Sequence record: SRR33789315_42
Length of the DNA stretch: 40,668 nt
Direction: 5' to 3' (one strand)
Below the pieces are notes generated by a model. It was not told where the DNA came from and did not search any database. It worked only from the letters and a program-made list of their open reading frames with translations. The translations under genes were made by a program, and so were the position numbers. Positions 35,051-40,668 of the stretch are shown one piece after another; position 1 is the stretch's first letter, and each line of letters starts with the position of its first letter.

Positions 35051-35323
35051 TTATTTGGTTTGGAGTGATTCGGGTGGTTGTTGCCAATGCACATTGCAGC
35101 CGTGCAGACGGGTTTGCATGTGCAGGTGTTTGCCGTGGTGATCGCCTTTGATGCTGGTGATATGGCCAACTAGCTTTGGGTTGCGGTGTGGCAGTATTTG
35201 GATGGTGCTGCCGTTATCTCCGATGACTAAGCTGGTAATGGCGCACCCCAAGCTGTTTAGCTGGTTTAGCGCTTTACTGGCTTGAGCAATACGGGCCAAA
35301 AACGATTGGTTGTATTTGTTCAT
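35051..35323 (-). CDS. Hypothetical early protein
   Basis: 90 aa ending in GCNVHW, coupled. Confidence 0.65.
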   Translation of the reverse strand: MNKYNQSFLARIAQASKALNQLNSLGCAITSLVIGDNGSTIQILPHRNPKLVGHITSIKGDHHGKHLHMQTRLHGCNVHWQQPPESLQTK

Positions 35324-35631
35324 TGGTTGGCCTTTTTGTTGGAGCAGTTGGCACAGGCTTTAAACAGCCTGATGCGCTGCGGGTTGCTGGGTGAAAACCC
35401 TTTTATTTGCTCGGTGTTGCAGCGCTTTACAGCGATGTCGCCGAGCACAGGGCAGTTGATGGTTATGTTGGTGTAGGCGGCAATGACTTGGCTTTCTATG
35501 TTGCTTAAGTTGCCGAGGTATTTGTCGTTTAACACCATGGATAGGGTGGTTTTGCTCATGCCGGTGTCGGCTTCGACTTGCCGACGACCGAGGGCGTCTA
35601 CCTTTTGCTTGAGTAGGGTTAACCAGCTCAT
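35320..35631 (-). CDS. HTH plus Cys-cluster early protein
   Basis: GMSKTTLSMVLNDKYLG HTH, CPVLG.I....C and ACANC. Confidence 0.75.
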   Translation of the reverse strand: MSWLTLLKQKVDALGRRQVEADTGMSKTTLSMVLNDKYLGNLSNIESQVIAAYTNITINCPVLGDIAVKRCNTEQIKGFSPSNPQRIRLFKACANCSNKKANQ

Positions 35632-36182
35632 TTGCTTGATTCCTTTCTAAGTGGTTTGGCGATTTCAGTTTTGCGGTTTTGATCCCACAAGCTATCTGCA
35701 CTCATTATTGGGTAAAGCCTGCCGGTGTTTTCGACCAACAGATATTTGCAAGGGGTAGATGGCCGTTTCTGCGTGCGGTCTACCCTTTGTTTTCTGGTTT
35801 TTACGACATATCCATATTCGACAAGGGCGCTGATGTAGCGATTTACGTTCGAGCGATTTTGCTCACTTGCAGCAACGACTTCGTCGACGGTGAATGAATT
35901 TAAAAATCTCATTGCTTGCCAAATTTTTTGGCGACCATTACCAGGCGGGTGAGTATTGCCCGAGTCGCGACTAAAATTTGGTTTGCGCTCGATTACACCT
36001 TTGTAAACATAGGGTTTTGCGTTGGTGTTAATAGCAACAACGCAGCCTTTGCGGATGAATTCATCCATCACTAACTTTATTTTTTTACGGGGTACTTCCA
36101 GCACCGCAGCCAACTCAGTTGTATGAAAATCTGGCTGCTCTTCTATCCACTCCCAGCTACGCTGGCTGAGGGTTTTTGTCAT
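35628..36182 (-). CDS. Tandem winged-helix-like early protein
   Basis: RQKIWQAMR.L..FT..E and YISALVEYGYV motifs, directly after MuB. Confidence 0.7.
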   Translation of the reverse strand: MTKTLSQRSWEWIEEQPDFHTTELAAVLEVPRKKIKLVMDEFIRKGCVVAINTNAKPYVYKGVIERKPNFSRDSGNTHPPGNGRQKIWQAMRFLNSFTVDEVVAASEQNRSNVNRYISALVEYGYVVKTRKQRVDRTQKRPSTPCKYLLVENTGRLYPIMSADSLWDQNRKTEIAKPLRKESSK

Positions 36183-36184
36183 GC

Positions 36185-36895
36185 CTATACCTCAGCCGCT
36201 GGAAAGAAAGGCCGAGCTGCCCATTGTTCACTGGTAATGTTTTGTAAATTGTTGGCTTTGCTGAATTTTTCGATGGTAACTAGGCCAACCGTTAAGCGGC
36301 GAAAGTTGCCTTTAGATCGTGTTAGTAATTCTTGCAATAAACAGGGGGCAATTTTTACATCTTCGACCAGTGAATTGGCCATGATTTGGATGTCGCCAAA
36401 ATCGGCAGGTTGAAATTGTACGTGCTGGCTAATGCGGCTAAGTAGCTGCGGCAAGCGTTTTACTTTTTTGGGTAAGTGCTCGTAACCGATCAAGATGATT
36501 GGCACATTAGCAAGGTCGTAAATATCGCGGATTGTTTCGAGTACTTCGGTTTTTTCGGCTAGGTAGTCGGCTTCGTCAATAAATAGAGGTCTGTCGTTTA
36601 ATGCTAATTCTTTGACGATAAAATTAAGCATGTCAGCGCGACGTTGACGTGTTTCTAGGCCTAGTTCTAGCGCTAAGCGTTCGAGAAATGTGCCAAGGGT
36701 ATCGGCTTTTAAACAGCGCACTAAGACGCCGTCGGCATGGACAAACAACCACGATCCTGCTGTGGTTTTGCCTAACCCAGCTTTGCCGCTGAACATGCCC
36801 ATTGCGGGCGTCCCTTCGCGGGCTGCTTGTACGATGTTTTGATAGGCATCGAATGCGGCAAGTACGTTTTGTGTTTTGGCTATTGCTGTTCTCAT
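36185..36895 (-). CDS. MuB-like AAA+ transposition ATPase
   Basis: GKAGLGKT Walker A, LFIDEADYL Walker B, ATGA overlap with transposase. Confidence 0.9.
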   Translation of the reverse strand: MRTAIAKTQNVLAAFDAYQNIVQAAREGTPAMGMFSGKAGLGKTTAGSWLFVHADGVLVRCLKADTLGTFLERLALELGLETRQRRADMLNFIVKELALNDRPLFIDEADYLAEKTEVLETIRDIYDLANVPIILIGYEHLPKKVKRLPQLLSRISQHVQFQPADFGDIQIMANSLVEDVKIAPCLLQELLTRSKGNFRRLTVGLVTIEKFSKANNLQNITSEQWAARPFFPAAEV

Positions 36896-39084
36896 TTTTG
36901 TTGTTTCCTTTTTTCTGCTTGTTGAATGTCGTCTAGCATGCGAGCCGCAGCAGGATTGGCGCGCCGATAGTTGTGTAACCATGCTTTTTCAATTGCTGGT
37001 AGGTCTGTGGTAATGCCTAACTGTGTTAGATAGCGGGCTTTTTGGGCATCGCCAGCGAACACTGGGGTTGTGTTAATTTCGTTGTCGAATTTTTCTAGTT
37101 CGATCAGTTGTTTGCGGCGTTGTTCGAACGTGTTTTTTTGTTGTTCGGTAAAACCATTATCTGGGGTTGCCAATGCAGCAGCAGCACCTTTGGTGGCCGT
37201 GGTATTAATGTTTTGTGATGGCTTTGGAAAGGCATTTAAACCGCCATTTTGGCCCGTTTTATAATCGAGATAGGTTTGGGCTGCGTTGCTGACATCGTGT
37301 TGTTTGGCGAGCTTTTTAAAGCTTTTGCGTTGCTCGGTAAGTTGGGCGCGCTGGATGCGTTTGGCTTCCATTGCGTGGGCCATTGTGATGTCTTGGCCTG
37401 CAATTTCGGGGTTGACGGCTTCGCATATAAAGTGGCCGTGTAGGGCGTGGAATACGTAAATTTTGCCAACGTCGTTGGGGTTCCAGCGGCAGAATACACG
37501 CTCGCCTATGTAGGCACCGAGTTCGGCATGTATGTAGCTGCCGCCTTCGACACTAATGCCGTTTGATTTGGTTATAGTGCGGTAGCCGTCGCCTGGCACG
37601 GGTGATAAGAGCACGTCAAGTAGGCGCGGTTGTTCAATGCGTTTGATGGTTTGTTGGTGTTGGGTGAATTTTTCGAATGGGCTGCATTTTAGGCCGCTGT
37701 GTTCGACTTGGTGATAATGGTGTTCTACCCATTGATTCATGAATTGTTCGAATTCTTCGGCGGTGAGCTGTACGTCGAGGCACATTTTTTCGGCCCCTTT
37801 TTCTTTGCGTTCCATGAGTTGTTGGGCAAAAGTTTTGCGTTTGTTGATGCGTTCGCGGTCTGTGACGTTGTGGCCTATAAAGCCTTGGATTAATTCGACT
37901 ATGCCGTGGCTAAAGGTGCGAAAGAAACGCTCGATAAAGGGTTTTTCCCAACCGCTGTAGGGATTGGTTATGTCGTTTTCAATGTCGAGTGAATTCCAGA
38001 CCGTGGTGATGTGGTGTGATAAATAATCGCTACCGTTATCGGTGCGGGCGACTTCTGGCAAGCCCCAGTCGAGGATTGCATTACGTATTAGTAGGGCGAT
38101 GGCTTCGGCATTTGATGTGGGTTTTAAAACCAGTTTGACGCGACGGGTGAATACGTCGATTACACCGACTATGCTGTAGCGTCCGTCGGTGAGCATGACG
38201 TCGGCAGGGGTACTGTCGAACTCCCAAAGCTGGTTGATGCGGGCTATGTCTATCGACATATTGCCAAAGGCTACCATACGTTTGTTTTGCCAGGCTGATG
38301 GATCAAACATGGACATGTAAAGTTCTTGATTATCGGTTTTCCAGCTGCTTAGCCAGGCGCGGCATGTGCTTGCGGCGGGCGTGTCGTATTTACCGTTAAA
38401 TTCGGCTTCGAGCATGTCGGCAATGCGTTCGCCTTTGATATGCGGGTAGGTTTGGATTAGGGCGAGGCAGTATTCTTTTAGCTCGGGCGTTGAGTCGATA
38501 ATTCCGCTGCCTTTGGTTTGCCCATAGTTGCCAACAAGCGCCATAATGCCTTTGGTGTTATAGGCTTTTTCCCAACGGCTTAGGCTGATGTAGCTTATGC
38601 GGTTGTGGTGGGTGAATTGGCTTTGGTCAATGCTGGGGTGGTTGCTGTTGTAGTGATCGCAAAATTCTGTCCAGGCTTTGACTTTTGGCTGGCCTGTGCG
38701 GCGTTGGTGTTTTTTGGCTGCGGTTAGTATGTTGACTTTTTCAACAGCACGGGCTTGGTTGATTCCGCTTATACCTGCAAATGCTTTTAATGAGGCTTGC
38801 TTTTGCTGGGCCGTTATTTGTTGGTTGGTGGCTTGGCTTTTTAGCGCAAATGTGGCGGCATTTATTGCGCGGTGAGCTATGTTTGTGTCTTGTTCTGTTG
38901 GTGTTTGTTTATTGATTGCGGTTTGAACGTCAATTGGCAAATCGGCTATTGCATAATGCCTAATTTGTCCACCTCGGCCTTTTTTCAATTCAAAAGCCCA
39001 TGAATCCTTTTCAGATCTAATTAGTATAATTCGTTTGCTAACACCAAGTGCCTCTGCAATTTGATTAGCTGTATAGGTACTCAT
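36892..39084 (-). CDS. MuA-like DDE transposase
   Basis: N-terminal Mu-type HTH, with WEFDSTPAD, RTDNGSDY and KPFIERFFRT DDE motifs. Confidence 0.95.
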   Translation of the reverse strand: MSTYTANQIAEALGVSKRIILIRSEKDSWAFELKKGRGGQIRHYAIADLPIDVQTAINKQTPTEQDTNIAHRAINAATFALKSQATNQQITAQQKQASLKAFAGISGINQARAVEKVNILTAAKKHQRRTGQPKVKAWTEFCDHYNSNHPSIDQSQFTHHNRISYISLSRWEKAYNTKGIMALVGNYGQTKGSGIIDSTPELKEYCLALIQTYPHIKGERIADMLEAEFNGKYDTPAASTCRAWLSSWKTDNQELYMSMFDPSAWQNKRMVAFGNMSIDIARINQLWEFDSTPADVMLTDGRYSIVGVIDVFTRRVKLVLKPTSNAEAIALLIRNAILDWGLPEVARTDNGSDYLSHHITTVWNSLDIENDITNPYSGWEKPFIERFFRTFSHGIVELIQGFIGHNVTDRERINKRKTFAQQLMERKEKGAEKMCLDVQLTAEEFEQFMNQWVEHHYHQVEHSGLKCSPFEKFTQHQQTIKRIEQPRLLDVLLSPVPGDGYRTITKSNGISVEGGSYIHAELGAYIGERVFCRWNPNDVGKIYVFHALHGHFICEAVNPEIAGQDITMAHAMEAKRIQRAQLTEQRKSFKKLAKQHDVSNAAQTYLDYKTGQNGGLNAFPKPSQNINTTATKGAAAALATPDNGFTEQQKNTFEQRRKQLIELEKFDNEINTTPVFAGDAQKARYLTQLGITTDLPAIEKAWLHNYRRANPAAARMLDDIQQAEKRKQQK

Positions 39085-39383
39085 AAACCAACATCCTTGT
39101 TGATTTTTGACGTTTTATTTGATTGTTTTTTGGGGATGCTGTTATTCTTACGAGCATCTTTTCTTGTACCGTCTGCATTAAATCTAGATGGCCAGATAAT
39201 ATTCGCGGAAACGCCAATAGCTTCAGCTATTATGTTTTCAACATTTTTGTATGGGCGATGCAGCGCCTGTTGCACTGTTCCAGGCTGTAAGTTGTTGGCA
39301 ATTGATAATTGACGACAGCTTATTTTTTTTGTTTTCCGAAGGGCGGCAATGATATCGGCTTTGTGCCAGTCTAACTGCTCCAT
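39081..39383 (-). CDS. ner: Ner/Nlp-family transcriptional regulator
   Basis: DWHKADIIAAL, ALHRPY..E.IIAEAIGV and IWPSRF motifs. Confidence 0.95.
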   Translation of the reverse strand: MEQLDWHKADIIAALRKTKKISCRQLSIANNLQPGTVQQALHRPYKNVENIIAEAIGVSANIIWPSRFNADGTRKDARKNNSIPKKQSNKTSKINKDVGL

Positions 39384-39415
39384 GTTTTATCCTCGTTAAG
39401 TGTACTAATGAGGAC

Positions 39416-39470
39416 ATAATGTTGCACAATTTAGTGTGCAGTCAATGATATTTGCACATTAAAATGTGCA
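39416..39470. promoter_or_regulatory. Lysis/lysogeny switch: two operators overlapping the early promoter
   Basis: TGCACA-N6-TGTGCA at 39423-39440 and 39453-39470. Minus-strand TTGACT-N18-CATTAT. Confidence 0.75.
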
Positions 39471-39519
39471 AATTAGCTTATCTATATGATTAATAAGAAT
39501 ATTTATTTATGGATTACAG

Positions 39520-40074
39520 ATGCTTATAAATGACTTTTGCAAACTTATTTTTGATATAAGAGAAAAAAAAGTGACTAGAAGTGAAATTGCTAGGAAGTAT
39601 CCTTGGCATAGAAATACACTTTTATCTTATGAGACAGATCGCCTTCCTGATATTGATTATTTATATGCGTTGTCAGTTGAGACAGGGTTCGATTTTAAAA
39701 TTTTAATTAAATTAAGATTGCAGGCAGGAATACTTGGTAATTTATTTAATTTTGATGAAATTAATGTATTTAATAACGACTTAAATAAGTCAGAATTAAT
39801 TGAACATTTAGTGAATGATAACTGTATGGCAAAAACCATTCTTCCTGGCGCAGTTATACATATAGATACAAGCATTAAAGAGCTATCAGAAGGTTCAATT
39901 TACCTATTTTTAGTTGGTTCTGTTCTAAAACCATGCAGGGTTCAATTTGGTATCGATAATAGTGTTATTTTGAACTTTGATAACAATGAATTTTCACCAA
40001 TAAATCTTACTGAAATTCAATTTAAGGATATTGAAGTAAAGGGAAAAGTCGTATCTGTTTTAAACCCTCTATAA
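39520..40074 (+). CDS. Phage repressor: XRE-type HTH plus degenerate S24 peptidase-like domain
   Basis: SEIARKYPWHRNTLLSYETDRLPD HTH, V.DNCMAKTILPG...KGKVV C-domain, divergent from ner. Confidence 0.85.
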   Translation: MLINDFCKLIFDIREKKVTRSEIARKYPWHRNTLLSYETDRLPDIDYLYALSVETGFDFKILIKLRLQAGILGNLFNFDEINVFNNDLNKSELIEHLVNDNCMAKTILPGAVIHIDTSIKELSEGSIYLFLVGSVLKPCRVQFGIDNSVILNFDNNEFSPINLTEIQFKDIEVKGKVVSVLNPL

Positions 40075-40082
40075 ATTGATGA

Positions 40083-40235
40083 AAGTGTGATCTTGCCTGC
40101 TTACCCTAGGATCACACTTTAATTCGTAACTATTTCTTAATTTTCTTTCTGTATATAGCTTTGACTAAAGTGTGATCTCATTTTTAAGTGTGATCTCAAT
40201 GATCACACTTCCAACGAATAAGTGTGATCACTCTT
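40083..40235. repeat. Cluster of six AAGTGTGATC decamers in mixed orientation
   Basis: Forward copies start at 40083, 40168, 40186 and 40220. Reverse copies (GATCACACTT) start at 40110 and 40201. Confidence 0.9.
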
Positions 40236-40377
40236 TAATCTTTATACTGGTATTTAATAGCTGATTAAACCTGCCTAAATGCTGATTTAAACAGGTTTAA
40301 ATGGCTTTATGCTGTTTTTGGCAATGATGTGGTGATGATTATCAATATGGTAGGTGGTTTTTAGACTTGTTCTACAC

Positions 40378-40508
40378 TTTATCAAACTAGGCTGTTTTTA
40401 GGATCTTTATTTATCGCTTAATTAATTGCTCTATAGGCCTTATTTTTAAAGACCTATCCCATATTTTCCCGCCAAATTTTATTTATTCCCATATTAATCA
40501 ATCTATCC
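40378..40508 (-). repeat. Transposase-binding sites at the repressor-side end (Mu L sites equivalent)
   Basis: Reverse complements: TAGTTTGATAAA (40378-40389) and GGATAGATTGATTAA (40494-40508). The latter starts at base 12 from the end, like the site at 88. Confidence 0.75.
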
Positions 40509-40519
40509 AATCAATTACA

Positions 40520-40524
40520 TTTGG
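40520..40524. repeat. 5-bp target-site duplication, right copy (TTTGG)
   Basis: Follows terminal CA, identical to 72-76. Confidence 0.9.
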
Positions 40525-40564
40525 GTTAGATTAAGGCTATTGTTTAATCTTTTACTATTATCCC

Positions 40565-40601
40565 TTGCATTAAAGGGCAGAATCCGTACAATACCGCGTC
40601 C
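40565..40601 (+). promoter_or_regulatory. Host sigma70 promoter for a gene beyond the window
   Basis: TTGCAT-N16-TACAAT followed by GC-rich discriminator ACCGCGTCC. Confidence 0.5.
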
Positions 40602-40668
40602 TTTTATCTGCCAATTATTGGCATTTTGAAGGTAAATCAAGTTAACGTTAACGCTACAACGAGTTTGA

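Larger units (their letters stand above)
77..40519 (-). mobile_element. Complete Mu-like transposable prophage with siphovirus-type tail
   Basis: TGTA at 77 and TACA ending at 40519, flanked by direct repeat TTTGG. Carries MuA, MuB, ner, gemA, mor and Mu-type head genes. Confidence 0.95.

Noticed and set aside
40186-40210. CRP site (TGTGA...TCACA)
   Set aside because: The half-sites are 9 bp apart here and 18 or more in the other pair, not the 6 bp CRP requires.
40565-40668. Naming the downstream host gene (tig often follows tRNA-Leu in gammaproteobacteria)
   Set aside because: No coding sequence is visible in the window.

Overview
Almost the whole window is one apparently complete Mu-like (transposable) prophage at 77-40519 (40,443 bp). 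It has TGTA...TACA termini, a 5-bp target duplication (TTTGG at 72-76 and 40520-40524) and transposase-binding repeats at both ends. It is inserted immediately after the terminator of a host tRNA gene (probably tRNA-Leu). Most genes are on the minus strand. From right to left they are: repressor (+), ner, MuA transposase, MuB ATPase, early/middle genes (GemA, Mor, AAA ATPase), lysis genes, terminase, portal, F, G, protease/scaffold, major capsid, head-tail genes, then a non-contractile siphovirus-type tail (tube, frameshifted chaperones, tape measure, tip, SGNH-esterase fibre). I found no gin/com/mom. In their place sit an HNH-type moron and a two-gene operon encoding a ~64-aa peptide and a 5-TM membrane protein. 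The most striking signal is the nonapeptide GSGSGGDPA. It occurs twice in that peptide and twice in the C-terminal tail of the gp35-like protein next to the capsid gene, 14 kb away, which suggests a peptide/membrane-protein system tied to a late phage protein. Other notable items are a 51-aa ORF resembling an internally deleted large terminase, a c4-like antisense RNA controlling a Bro-N antirepressor, a repressor with a degenerate S24 catalytic dyad, a 28-bp inverted repeat pair 14 kb apart, and a six-copy GATC-containing repeat cluster near the repressor end. All product calls come from motif recognition and gene order, not database searches.
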